The notes beneath the pieces are model-generated. The model did not search any database. It was not told where the DNA came from and saw nothing but the letters and a program-made list of their open reading frames with translations. This document shows, piece after piece, positions 51,701-63,752 of a DNA stretch of 64,000 bases. The translations under genes were made by a program, and so were the position numbers. The stretch's first letter is position 1; each line of letters starts with the position of its first letter. This stretch comes from Phoronis australis (taxonomy: Eukaryota; Animalia; Phoronida). The DNA lies in the NCBI GenBank assembly GCA_002633005.1, contig NMRA01000032.1:600911-664910 (forward strand), read 5' to 3'.

Positions 51701-53999
51701 TCGCGGTCGCAACAACTTTCGAGGGGCCACTGATGTGGCGACGGGATATGGCCGGCCAACTTTCACTGTTCCAGATAGCCATGTTTCCTCCTTTCGGGAT
51801 ATGCCATGATACACACATGCAGTAGATGGATGTCTCCGTGTCTATGGGTTACGTTGTGGTTGGGGAAATTAGAAAGACGTCCTTAATTTAGAGTCGTAGC
51901 ATTATTAAAAGCCGGACATGGAACCTTCCATAAAAACATGATCCCTCGTATAGGTTTTAAGCTTCCAAGATTCCGTTATAATAAATACATAAAAAAAAGA
52001 TTCCGTTATCTGTCGTTATCTGGTCTGAGCTAACCGGTAGCAGTTCTGCGCCATTGATATGCAGATTCTGCGACATGGAAAAGATGTGACGGCAGAGTTT
52101 GTGCATCGATTCCAAGGGGGCAAATACTGCAACGAAATGCCACAATTGCAAAACAATTCATGTTGTTGAATTTGGCGGTCACTCATAGGGAAGAAAGCAC
52201 TCCCCAGTGGACATGACCAATTGAAAAACGAAAGTGCGACGATATTTCATTTTTATCAATTGCTAACGTTGGAAAGTGATTGGTTCCCTATGCAACACCT
52301 TAGAACTTCCAGTATAGTACGAAACGGCAGAGTATGTTATGGAAATTCAATTTACAGGTACAATCCAGGGTCAAAAGCTACTCGATGTTGGGACTGGTCC
52401 ATCGATCGTGTCTGTGATCAGCGCCTCGCGCTGGTTTGAAGACATAACTATCAGTGACTATTCACCTCAGTGCAGACAAGCCCTACAAGACTGGGTAGAG
52501 AAGAAAGAAAATGCTCACAATTTCAAGCAATTCTTCGACTACGTATACAGCCTCCAAAACGAGTAGGGTGGAATAATAACGTTCAATACTATGTTTTAAC
52601 AATAATATGGCGCGGCATAGGTTGAAACCCAAATTAGAGGCAGTGTAAGGGCTTCGAGAAACTGACAGCTTGTCATTGCTTGAGTGACGAGGCTCAAGTT
52701 GGCTTGTTAACGTCCTGTAATTAATTTTATGCGCTGAGCATCGTCTTAACGAATTTAACGTACTGTCACTTCTTTGTAAACCTGCATGGCCCATCTGTGT
52801 TTGAAACAAGCTGAGACCAATGTTTTAGCGGTAAGTGGTACAGCAAAAGTTCGCTTTTTGTATGGAACCTGGATTTAAAGTACAAGTAGGCGGACTACTA
52901 CTGTTGTCATTCTTGAAAATTTCAAACTGTGAACTGATGAAGCTAAATACATGTATTAGGACTAACTGTAATTTTCGACTCTCTTGAGTTTAAATCGGAA
53001 GTTACACCCCCGTGTGTCCGAAAAACGGGTTTCGATTTACGCGTCTTGCCCATATGAAATTGGTCCCTGACTGGTTACTCTGTTTAGAAGTGATTTCTGG
53101 GCTTGAGAAGATTTGGCACTTCGTTACTTCTTCAGGACAAGAAGCTCATAAAATTTCAGGTCACGCTGCAGTACTGACCTCAAATTTCATGAGCTTCTTT
53201 CTGAACAAATAACGAAATGTCCGTTCTTCCATGTCCCGAAAACCTTTCTTCGTATGAGTAAAGAACAATTTTGTAACGGTAAGAGGCCTGAATCAAACCG
53301 TGGTTTTTACAGAAAGAGCGAGTTTAATGCGGCTTTAGCTAAGATTGTAAGCATAATTATAACGCAAAACAAAATTTCGGGGTTGTCGAGACTTTGCAGT
53401 CAAATCCATCTACAAGTGCTAGGATAACGTATTTTACAAAGCTTTGGGAATATGAAGGTATACTGCTTGCTAATACGAAACAAGCAAAGTGGATAATTTT
53501 GATATGAGTTAATTACAGGGTATGCCGGAACTTCGGATGATATAGCCTTCTCCATAGAACCTAATGTTTTTACAGCTGCAGCCAAGACAGCCGAACAATG
53601 GAAGACAAGTTCCGAAAGTCCATTAAAAGGGTTATTCAATGTGATCTCACAAACACCAATTTTCTGCCGGAAATAGACGATGGCGAAGTTTTCGATGCCA
53701 TAACGAGCAGCCTCTGTCTGGAAGCAGCAGTAGCCGATCATTCGTCGTACGAAGGCGCCATAAGTGCGTTGGCGAGAAAAATACGTAAAGGCGGGAGTAT
53801 TATTCTTGTGGGTGTTTTGTTGCAAACCTACTACAAAGTAAAGGGCAACAGTTTCTTTACATTACAATTATCAAAGAATTTCATTCATACAACCTTGGAA
53901 AAAGCTGGATTCGGTGACATCGTTTGGTACATGGACAACTTACCAGATGAGAGCAGTGACAGCGAAGCAGTGTTTGTTGTCTGCGGTAAAAGACAATAA
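47427..53999 (+). CDS. NNMT/PNMT/INMT(TEMT)-family SAM-dependent methyltransferase; exons 47427-47595, 52358-52562, 53576-53999; ~265 aa
   Basis: Three exons with phase-1 and phase-2 introns, as in vertebrate NNMT. Motifs FNVDDYMNSFY, LLDVGTGP (SAM motif I), SASRWFEDITISDY, VIQCDL, FDAITSSLCLEAA, GGSIILVG, YYKV, LEKAGF. Orthology within the family is unresolved. Confidence 0.92.
47798..51227. mobile_element. ~3.4-kb non-autonomous element with long imperfect terminal inverted repeats in methyltransferase intron 1
   Basis: Left CACGGGTGAAACAACATGGCCGCCGG vs right CCGGCGGTCATGCTGTTTCTCACCCCGCG; further inverted matches 47970-48030 / 50760-50822 and repeated GCGATCG(A/G)GAACG subterminal motifs. 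Confidence 0.6.
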
Positions 54000-56852
54000 A
54001 GAAAATTCCAAGAAAAGGGTGGTCTACGAAAAATTAAATGGTCGTTTCAAATCTATCTTATTAAATAGCTTCTAATTTTTCGTGATATGGTTATGTTTGG
54101 GTTGTCCTTGGCAGAATGGTGGACCCAGATGGGACCATTAGTCAAATTATCCTTGATCATAGCACCCAGGCGATGGCGTTCATTAATATCTGTAGAACTG
54201 TGGAATATATTTTTGTATCCGGACTCGTTGATTGATTCTTATCACGGATCTCTGTCTTTTATTCAGTCTAATGCATGTACATATAGGCTTATATTTGATC
54301 AGACATGATATGATCTATGATAAGGGATTAGCATTTATCGTCGTAGTTGTTTCCAACATTTGACTCGGGCAACCGCGCGCACCAAGCCTAAAATGTAGGG
54401 GGGCTCGAATTTCCGAGAATGTGGACCTCTTACTAACGAAGGCGCCGGACTAAAAAAAGGAAAAAAATGGGAAAACGATTGCTCCGCTGGCCTGATTAGC
54501 ACACGCACACGAAACTCTTGTTTCAGCCGCACTGTTAATTATCGGGCTTAGTTAATAAATTCAATATTTCCTCGCGCTCTTGCTGTTTTATTTTTCTTCC
54601 GACAGCCAAGGGGGGGGGGGCTACCACCCCCTTCCCCTAAATCCACCTATGGCTTGTAGGAATAAGCCCATGCCAAAGGCTTATTTGAAGATTTGAAATA
54701 AGCGTGTTCGAAAAAATGCAACTTTGTGAAAGGATAGTACCATATGAAAGTGGTGCAATGTCTAGTTTGCACAACAAGCACTTCACCGTAGCTATAAGCA
54801 GTGATCGTAAATTTCCATTAATCATCTATATTAAAGTAATACGCAGATAGTGAGTAAAAATAAGACACTCTCCCGCACACTAATCCATGAAATTTGATAC
54901 GAATATGCTGACTTTTCCGACCAATTGGTTGTCACACTTAATCGTGATTCCAGTGGCGTGGGATTTAGGATGTCGCAAGCGAACTGGGGGTAGCCCGCAC
55001 CATTTCTGAAGTCAAAATGGCCATGCAATCCCTAAAAACGACATGCCAACGTTCTTTGCTGGTCTTGCCTGCCTACACGGGTTCTAATGTTACGAAAATT
55101 GATGTTTTTGCTTCCCGTCTTTTTAATATCGCATTCCGTTACCTATATTTGGATAATTTGTGATTTAGAGCAAAAAAGAGGACATCGATGACTCTTTTTT
55201 GCTCACTATGTACATAATTATATTGTACAGGGGTGGACATTTAGAGCACTCATGGTGGCCACATTTTTAATGTAAAAAAAACTCAATTTCCCACAGATGC
55301 CCGTTTACTTTATTCAAATATTACTTTTCAGACCTTTTTTTCGCAAAACAGCTTCTGTCTCCAAAGAATCAAATGCAACTGACTGGATTATCCGCTTTCA
55401 CGGCTTCAGTGAGTTTGTAACTGTGGGCTAAATAATGTGGCACCGAGTTCATGTACAATTTATGTAAAACAAAGCCTGCTTCGTTGCATTTTTCCGAGTT
55501 GCTGGTGCAGTTTTTTGTCTTTGTTGAAATTAAGCTGCATCTCTTAGTCGTCCTGTTCAGTTGGCTAATTATTAGAAAATCGAATTTGACCTTTTACTCT
55601 CATAAAATCAGTCTCATTCCTTTATCGTGGTAGGAGCTTTTCCGTTGCCAACAAGAGTACCGGAATCATCAGCGACTAGAGTTGGTAACAGAAATGGAAT
55701 CCTGTCACGGTCACGTAAAGAACATTAAGATGTTATGACACAAAAGCGCAATTCGGTTTCCGTTTTCAGCCCGCTAAACGTGGCAAAGCACTAGCAGGTA
55801 ACTAAAACAACCACAAAACAGGGCTTCAAAGTATGTGTGTAAATACTCAGTATTTGGGGGTAATTTTTTACTATCACAATTCACCACACCCAGTAGCCGG
55901 AGAACAACTTACAGAGACACTGACATTTTGCTTAAAAGTTGGGCAGGTAAGTTCGGCTCTCTAACCCGCAAAGTAAAATTTTGTGTCAATGTGAGCCTTC
56001 GCCCACTAGCAAAACATCTTAGTTACTGAATACAACGCAGGGTAAAAATGTCGGAGCCTGCCCTGTGTGTGAAATCAGCTCTAGCCTAAATGATAGCTGG
56101 GGGCCAGAAAACTATGCAGACATTGAGGAAAATATAAATCAAAACCCTTGCTTTGGCCTTTTTAAAAATATCTCTTAAAACTAAGAGCCTGAAACTAATT
56201 TCCTAGCTTAAAACAATAAATTAAGTCTGTCCAGTCAATGTTAACAAAGATTACAAATTTCTCAAGAACAGCGCAAAATCGGAAGTACATCGTGTCGGCA
56301 ATTTCGAACATTCTAATTCTAGAACACACAAAATTAGTTAACGAAAACAATATTTTGCCTTTCTGTTAAATGGAACGACGCAACGGCCGACATCTTTAAT
56401 TTCTACAAATCCCAGGTGTGTTGACCTATTTCTAAAATTTCATGATTGTCTGAAGTTAGGTACTTTGAGACTGTCATGGGCTGGGTAAACTGTTATATTA
56501 TGGCAGGATAATCCGATTCCATGTCTTACTTGAACTGTGCATTCACATTAAAGTCACTGGACCCCATTACATTTGCTCAAAAACAGGACTTCCCAACTCA
56601 CATCAGAGCCGAAATATTGCCCCTTCAATTTCAATGGTGGTTGCTGACAAATTTTTTAACTATCTATTCACCTCCTATAATGGCTATTTTATCTATTTCG
56701 CTCGCCCCCCCCCTCCCCTTCTCTTGAAAAATGTGAAAATATAGAGCAGTCACTGTACATGCACTTAACAGCACATTGGATGGAAAGAATATTTAATGTC
56801 CCATCCAGGAAAATTACACTGCACCAACGACTGTGCTATAACAGTATGGCTA

Positions 56853-59579
56853 CTATTGGTCAAAGCCACTTCCACCACTGAGACCAATATCATCGGGATC
56901 ACTGGGCACATAAGAACTGAGAGAGTCAGTATTGAAGGATTCCCTCTCGCGCATCGCCTGCAATTTGGCCCGACGCTCTTGCATGGCTTCTCGCTTAGCC
57001 ACTCGCCGGGGAGTGTCGATGGAGTCGACAGAGTCCAGCCGCCTCCGTTCGGTGACAGGCGGACGTTGTCCAGCACTGACCACAGGTGATCGCGCGGACA
57101 ACACTGGATTGACTGGGGGAATTATGGCCTTGGACCCTTGGGAATGCTCCGATTTCACAACATCTGACTGTTCAGATTTCTTGTTGTTTGACTGACCTGA
57201 TCCCACATCCGAATGACGAGAGGCACTCGGCGACGTAGATGACTTTCGAGAGTTATCACTGGATTTCTTTGATGCGGATGAACTCACAGAATGATACGTG
57301 ACCTCAGATCGGTCAGATTCATTTCCCGAGCTAGTGCTGTCTGACTCTTCATGTGAGCTTTCGTATTTTCCAACATACTGCTGTAGGTTGACATCAACAC
57401 TGTCTGGAATGCTTTCTACATTGCTAGGCAACACATTTGCAGGCTGATTAGCGATTGACAGTCGAGGAGCGGTCTTTGGCTTTTGCTTTGAAGATGCCGG
57501 AACAACGGTGGTTGTTTTACCCAGTTGAGCATTATTATTATAATTTTTGTCAGGCATATCATCATCCCAAATATTGTCATCTGGAAAGCCAGGAGCATTG
57601 ACGACCCGTGTTTTTGTCATGTCAACTTCCTGATCAGACAAAGCTGAACTGTATTGTGACAACGTTTCATCCTTGTAAGCAACTGAAGGAATATGCACTT
57701 CAATGCTTCTAGATTTTTCTGTCTTGGCTGATTTGTACGATGATCTTGTGTAAGACGACCTTGATGATGCCTGCTCAATAAGCGAAACTGGAGATTTTGG
57801 AGCCGTGGGTAAAACCTCAACAGAGTGAGATCGAGGGGTTGGAACTGGCTTCCTGACAACTTTTGTGGCAGCGATTTCCTTTGCAGAATTGTTTTCAGCA
57901 ATTTCGTCTAAAGAATTCGCAAGATTGTCAAAATTGACTTCCTGTCCCAAAAGTTCAACTGGAATTTCCTCTTCCTTATTGTTCCCTCCTTCGATGGTCT
58001 TCAATAATTCAGGATTATTTTTAGCCAGTCGCAAGCGTTGTGTGTTTGTTAAACCATATGAAAGTTTGGTTTTCCGTTGAGAATACACCGGAGTTTGTCT
58101 TATCCAACTTCTGTGCGGAGGTACTTGTGACGAGGATTGTTCACAAAGACGCTTCTGGCTTCTTGTCAAATTACTGTGGGCATGAACCTCGGTTTTCTTC
58201 TTGGGTACAGCCATACGTTTCACAAATGTTTTCAAGTTTTCCTTGTTTGTCTGACCATGATGCTCAGCAGCATCAGGTTTATCAACTTTTCTAGCTTTCG
58301 GAACTGGGAGTTCCTTTGCAAGCAACCTATGTCCAGGGTCGGCAACGTTAGTCAACAAGTTCAACTCTGCTAGCAAAGCACTTAAAATAGGAAGATTTCC
58401 ATTCCCCATTGTCATTTGTAAAATGTTTTGCAAAGGAGTCGCTTCTGGCTGATTATTATTTCCCGATGACTGCAGAACAGACTTTCGAGTTTCTATCTCA
58501 TTTACTAGTTTGTGAGCAGAATGCATAACTGATTTTTTCATTGCTTCTTTAGAGGGCATTTTCCTCTCTGGTTTGGAAGGCCAGTCAACTCCTGCTATTT
58601 CCGGCTCTTCAATGGTATCAATATCTGAAGATGAGTAATCTCTGTCCAGTGCAATCTCATCTTGCCCTGGACCAGGGTAAATTTTTGGAGGCTTTTGATA
58701 CACAGGCAAGGTATAATCCCACTTTGGCGATGGACACTCGCTGTTATAGAATAAAGCCGGTGGGCAGACGACATTAGTGACCAGTAAGTCATCCGCCATT
58801 GTTGTATGTTCGTGTCTCAGCTGGTTTCCCTTTTGCACTGCAACAGTTTCCGTCTGAACAGTTTGTGTTTGTTTTTCTAGCAGATCTGGACCTGACATGA
58901 CCACAGGTATAATATCCTCGTTGGTTACGATTTGCTTAACGAAATTATCAAGTTTGCGGTCAGTGATTTGTGCTTGAGCTTTCGTTTTTGCAGGTTGATG
59001 TGGCAATGCAATACTACTGTTCGGCACATGCGACAAGAGACCCGGTCCAAGACTGAGCAGACGATGTGCTAAAGTCACATGACCCACTTCATTTCCTATG
59101 AGACTGTAAAGCTTGTATGTTTCTTTTAAACCGTGCACAGATGGCACTGTAATACCATTTGCCACAATGTCATTGTAGATGTCCTCTATGGTCTTGGAAA
59201 GCGGCACAGTGCAATTAGCAACGAGTTTTGCAACAGTTTCGTATGTGTCAAGTACCATGACATACACTGGAGCAGTCTCCAGGTGACTTCTCAGCGTATC
59301 TGCACTGATTTTATAGAGACATGACTTGCCTTTCTTTACAGCAAACTTCCCGAAACGATTCTTGAGTTCGGGAAACTGAAGAGGCAACTCGTACAAACTG
59401 TCTAAAGCAATTTTCTTCTTCATTCCATCTGCGATTTCTTCCTCCACGTGGTTGATTACAATTGTTGGGAAATCCAGCAGACGGAAAGCCACCGCTGGAA
59501 AACGACATGACACTTTATTGTGGATAAATATTTCATCGACCACCAACTCCAAAGAAAACAGGGACTCCTTGCTGGTCAT
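56853..59579 (-). CDS. MAP10: Microtubule-associated protein 10 (KIAA1383) homolog, ~908 aa in one coding exon
   Basis: N-terminus ESLFSLELVVD...CRFPAVAFRLLDFPT...GKSCL matches the MAP10 N-terminal domain; also CPPALFY, YGLTNTQRLRL, Ser-rich tail ending SSYVPS. Probable start MTSKES (59579) just after acceptor tttctcag at 59597; the ORF-track extension to 59645 is intronic. Confidence 0.88.
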   Translation of the reverse strand: MTSKESLFSLELVVDEIFIHNKVSCRFPAVAFRLLDFPTIVINHVEEEIADGMKKKIALDSLYELPLQFPELKNRFGKFAVKKGKSCLYKISADTLRSHLETAPVYVMVLDTYETVAKLVANCTVPLSKTIEDIYNDIVANGITVPSVHGLKETYKLYSLIGNEVGHVTLAHRLLSLGPGLLSHVPNSSIALPHQPAKTKAQAQITDRKLDNFVKQIVTNEDIIPVVMSGPDLLEKQTQTVQTETVAVQKGNQLRHEHTTMADDLLVTNVVCPPALFYNSECPSPKWDYTLPVYQKPPKIYPGPGQDEIALDRDYSSSDIDTIEEPEIAGVDWPSKPERKMPSKEAMKKSVMHSAHKLVNEIETRKSVLQSSGNNNQPEATPLQNILQMTMGNGNLPILSALLAELNLLTNVADPGHRLLAKELPVPKARKVDKPDAAEHHGQTNKENLKTFVKRMAVPKKKTEVHAHSNLTRSQKRLCEQSSSQVPPHRSWIRQTPVYSQRKTKLSYGLTNTQRLRLAKNNPELLKTIEGGNNKEEEIPVELLGQEVNFDNLANSLDEIAENNSAKEIAATKVVRKPVPTPRSHSVEVLPTAPKSPVSLIEQASSRSSYTRSSYKSAKTEKSRSIEVHIPSVAYKDETLSQYSSALSDQEVDMTKTRVVNAPGFPDDNIWDDDMPDKNYNNNAQLGKTTTVVPASSKQKPKTAPRLSIANQPANVLPSNVESIPDSVDVNLQQYVGKYESSHEESDSTSSGNESDRSEVTYHSVSSSASKKSSDNSRKSSTSPSASRHSDVGSGQSNNKKSEQSDVVKSEHSQGSKAIIPPVNPVLSARSPVVSAGQRPPVTERRRLDSVDSIDTPRRVAKREAMQERRAKLQAMRERESFNTDSLSSYVPSDPDDIGLSGGSGFDQ

Positions 59580-59625
59580 GGTTGGTCCAATTCCGTCTGA
59601 GAAACTGAAATATAAAGGAAAAGTC

Positions 59626-61104
59626 AGCGTAAAGATTTTCACCATAGGAGTTGTTATCTTTTCGTTTTATCAGAACAGCTCGGATATCTGCCCAATGAAA
59701 ACGGTCAAACGCAAAATAAAAACATAGCAACGCAACTGTGGTAGCTCAATCCAAAAAATTCCATTAATTTTTACCATATTAAGTATGGTTGCCACAAAAT
59801 TGGGAAGAGAAATCATTACTTTTGTTTCCTATATAAGTTTTGGTCCAATAATTCTCTGCACAGTAGGAGAGTTTACGCGATTTTAAAAAGTGGACAAATC
59901 CAGCCACAACAACCTAGCAACTAATATAAATCCTTGTTCAACAGTTATAAAATACGACCCTAAAATAATGCGTTTTCCGGCCATAAAATCAATAACGTTC
60001 CTTTAACCAAAAATGACCCTGAAAACAGTTGCCTTCGCCTTCAATTCTTTGTTGTCACCATGTTGTCAAATCAACAAGCCAAATTTCCCTGAATTCCACT
60101 TTGTACAAGACAACTCTTGACCACAAGAATTTGAAACTGGGTGACTTTTGTGCTCTCACAACACAATGGCACAATACTCAAGAGTTAAATAAATGGTTGC
60201 ACTTTACGCGAGGTCAAAAATTGTTATGACAGAGGTGAGGGCAGGGCTCGACATAACGAGCTGCAGGTCGCATTTGCGACCTGAAATTTGGAAATGCGAG
60301 CTGAGATTTTTGTCAGGTCGTATCAAATCGCAAAATGCGACCTGGAATTTCCAACGAATGCGAGCTGAGTTTTTACACTTCTCAACAGATACCTGGCAAA
60401 TACAAAGCAGCTCTTGTTAATCCGACCGTTACTTGGTTGTTGCCAATTCCAAGTTCAAAAGAACACTAACCGAGAACAGCCCTNAGCGTAAAGATTTTCA
60501 CCATAGGAGTTGTTATCTTTTCGTTTTATCAGAACAGCTCGGACATCTGCCCAATGAAAACGGTCAAACGCAAAATAAAAACATAGCAACGCAACTGAGG
60601 TAGCTCAATCCAAAAGATTCCATTGATTTTTACCATATTAAGTATGGTTGCCACAAAATTGGGATGAGAAATCATTACTTTTGCTTCTTATATAAGTTTT
60701 CGTCCAATAATTCTCTGCACAGTAGGAGAGTTTACGCGATATTAAAAAGTGGACAAATCCAGCCACCCCAACCTAGCAACTAATATAAATCTTCGTTCAA
60801 CAGTTATAAAATATGACCCTAAAATAATGCGTTTTCCGGCCATAAAATCGATAACGTCCCTTTACCCAAAAATGACCTTGAAAACAATTGCCTTCGCCTT
60901 CAATTCTTTGTCGTCACCATGTTGTCAAATCAACAAGCCAAATGTCCCTGAACTCCATTTCGTACAAGACAACTCTTGCTTGACCACAAGAATTTGAAAT
61001 TGGGTGACTTTTGTGCTCTCACAACACAATGGCACAATTCTCAAGAGTTCAATAAATGGTTGCACTTTACGCAAGGTCAAAAATTGTTATGACAGAGGTG
61101 AGGG
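59626..61104 (+). repeat. Gap-flanking duplication F
   Basis: 59626-60241 vs 60485-61104 around N60484. Confidence 0.9.
60242..60483 (+). mobile_element. End of a CAGGG-terminated (hAT-like) DNA element, cut by the gap
   Basis: Begins CAGGGCTCGACAT with repeated TGCGACC motifs; absent at the equivalent site (~61104) of the duplicate block. Confidence 0.55.
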
Positions 61105-61454
61105 GCAGACTTCTAGTGGGCTCACCATGAGTACCTGTAGTGTATAAGTTTGTCAATAGATGGCGCTCACCAATTAGCTCAATGACTTATACTAGTAAGG
61201 AGATAACTATATCTTGTTAATAGTTCACATTGGGGTTATGAAAAGAATGAGATAAGATCTACCCTTCCCCTTTCCCTCAGTTGACTCACTGACACCCACT
61301 GAACCAGAACAGACAGAAATTGAGAAATAGATGAATGTTATTAACAGACATAACAAATGAAACGACATTGCAACAGACATTTGCTGTGAGTCTGTGTCTG
61401 ATTTTAGTACTAATAGTCATGTCAGAAGAGAGAGTAACTGAAAGCACATTTTAC

Positions 61455-61702
61455 CTAAGGAAAAACAATTTCACTCAAAGTCTAGGACGAAACGCAGTCT
61501 GATTAACAACAGTGTCTTCGACTCCATAAGGATTTCCCTCGTATTTTAGAACGAGGCTGTGGGATTCCGCAGTATTTGATTGGCTTTCTTTACGGAAGTA
61601 CGTCATTCACGCGAAAAAGGCAGACTTTTTGATGTAGATGCTTTCTACTACTCGGGTCGTTTTATGGTTGTCTGAACATGTCTATGGTCTGAACTAGTCC
61701 AG
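61455..61702. promoter_or_regulatory. Candidate bidirectional promoter with first non-coding exons of MAP10 (-) and FANCM-like (+)
   Basis: Divergent splice donors (minus: ccttag|gtaaaa at 61455; plus: tccag|gtaaac at 61702) flank an inverted CCAAT (61579-61583), CGGAAGT (61593-61599), a CRE-like TACGTCA and an E2F-like CGCGAAAA (61610-61617). Confidence 0.5.
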
Positions 61703-62194
61703 GTAAACAGGCTAATCAAGGTCTCGATTTTGCGACCTACAGCTTGTCAATATAACCTCAGCTTTTGTTTGACGATCTGGTAAAAATCCCAAGTCGCCAG
61801 GAAGTCGCTGGACTCATACTCATAGAGTTGCAACCACGTCAAAAAGTGAAGAAATCAATGAAGAGTGAAATTTTGGCAACATGCCACCCCTCTAGCACCT
61901 TGGCTTATACAGTGCCACCGTCTCTTCTTCTTAAAGCAGGGACGGTTATGCTCCCATAGCCGGGCCTTCATACGCAGGAAACTTTTCACATTTTGCCGCA
62001 CACCAATTAAACCATGATCAAAGTCACGTTGATATAACCAACCAGTGTAAGTGGCATCTGTACATATAGGGACACCTAGACAATGAGCATTGTCTCTTCT
62101 GGCACCAGCAGGTGGTATGACATCATATCGCCTGGCGTGCGCAGTGTGAAAATGGCAAGTTACCAATTGGAACTGATACGAGGGACTGGACGAA

Positions 62195-62500
62195 GAAAAA
62201 GTTTGATAACGGTAGTATTTGTTCGAGTTGGAAGGAATTAAATACATCAACGACCTCCTAAGGTGTCCCTCTATGCCCAAAAGGTATTTATAACAATGTG
62301 ACTTTGATGTTGTAGTCAGTGCGAGGCATAATTCGCTGAAAAGCTTCCGACATATGAAACGCCTATAGGAGCTACACCGTCCTACTGGCAGTACCAGTAG
62401 GATGATGGTCACTGTCTAAGGGACACCTTCTTAGGAGGCCGTCGATGTCCTTTAATTCCTTCCAACTTGAACAAATACTTCTGTGATTAAACTTTTTTCG
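62195..62500. repeat. Imperfect inverted repeat with ~75-bp arms (foldback/MITE core)
   Basis: 62195-62270 pairs with 62419-62500 (GTATTTGTTCGAGTTGGAAGGAATTAAA / TTTAATTCCTTCCAACTTGAACAAATAC). Confidence 0.75.
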
Positions 62501-63673
62501 AGCAGTTCTTCGTTCAGCTGCTCATATCGGCATCTGGCTGTTTTTTAACTGCTCGCGCCACGGGATATAACATCTGAAACAGAAGTTAAATTGCTCACCA
62601 TGTATAATTTGTTCATAAAAATTTTGAATTTCTGTTGATGTCAGAGCATTTTTGCTTTAGTTTCAAATTGCAATGAAACGATCTGTCGATTGCTAGGCAC
62701 TTTGTTGATTTTCTCCCATGCTGAAAAAACCCTCTCATTTTGTATGGCAAGACATTGGCGTAGCACATTTCCATTGTGTGGAAAGTGTGACCTATGACCT
62801 TTGATGTAAACAAAACAATGGCCATTTCAAGCAGCAGTCAGTCTGACTTCTTTGAGTTGACCGCATCCGCACATATTATTAGGGGTGGAAAATTTAAAAA
62901 CAGTATTGGTATGAAATGGTTTTTATTTCATCTCTGTTTCAAAAATAGTGAATCGTTTTTTCTAGAAATTCTTGCTATATTCAGGTGAATAATTCTCACA
63001 TTAGCATCCCCAAGCATAAGATTCGCCAAGATCTGTTTATATTTTTTTATGAGTTTTCGCATTCCATGCCTCTGTAAAATATAGTTTTTGGTCTAATAAT
63101 GTACTTGCATGGACACAGGGCTGTCACCATAGACCACTGGACACAGTATTTCTGATGCCCCTACCAACATGACTGCGTGTAGTAATAAAACATGTGTTCC
63201 ATTCCGGTGTATTTATCCGTAGGCCTAGTGGTGTTTCAACAACATTACGATGTTTGAACACTGTAATGCGTGTCTTTCAAAACATGAATTCAGCAAAGAA
63301 TTAACAATCAGCCAGTAGTTCTTTCTGACAGCTTCCTTCATTCATTAAAAAAATCTTTATGTAGCATTTTGGCAACAACAATGGCTAACAATTTCGTCAT
63401 TGAAAGAAGGATCTTATTAGAAAGAAGTTTTGATTGCCGGAGTATTTGTTTGAATTGGAAAGATTTAAGAACACTGGCAGCTTCCAAAGATATTTCTACA
63501 CACAAAACATGGTTGGCGGTGGGCCAGAAATGTTGGCAGCTTGTGAGCAAAAGCTGGGGAACTCTTACAAAAACAGTACAAAAATGAAGCATACAAAACT
63601 TTCAAAAGATGCTCGTTTTCGTATTCTATATGTTGTTCTTCAGGGGTGACTGTTCATTTTTTTCTTGCAGGTC

Positions 63674-63752
63674 ATGAGTAAAAAACAGTCCACTCTTTTC
63701 CAAAGCTGGACCAACTCTTCCAATAAGGGTTCATCATCCCATCCAGCAACAG
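63674..63752 (+). CDS. FANCM: Probable first coding exon of Fanconi anemia group M helicase; gene continues beyond the window
   Basis: ttttcttgcag|gtcATG MSKKQSTLFQSWTNSS...|gtatgt resembles the FANCM N-terminus (human MSGRQRTLFQTW). Only 26 codons are visible. Confidence 0.65.

Noticed and set aside
56765-59730. Short ORFs overlapping MAP10 on both strands
   Set aside because: Shadow frames of a long coding exon.
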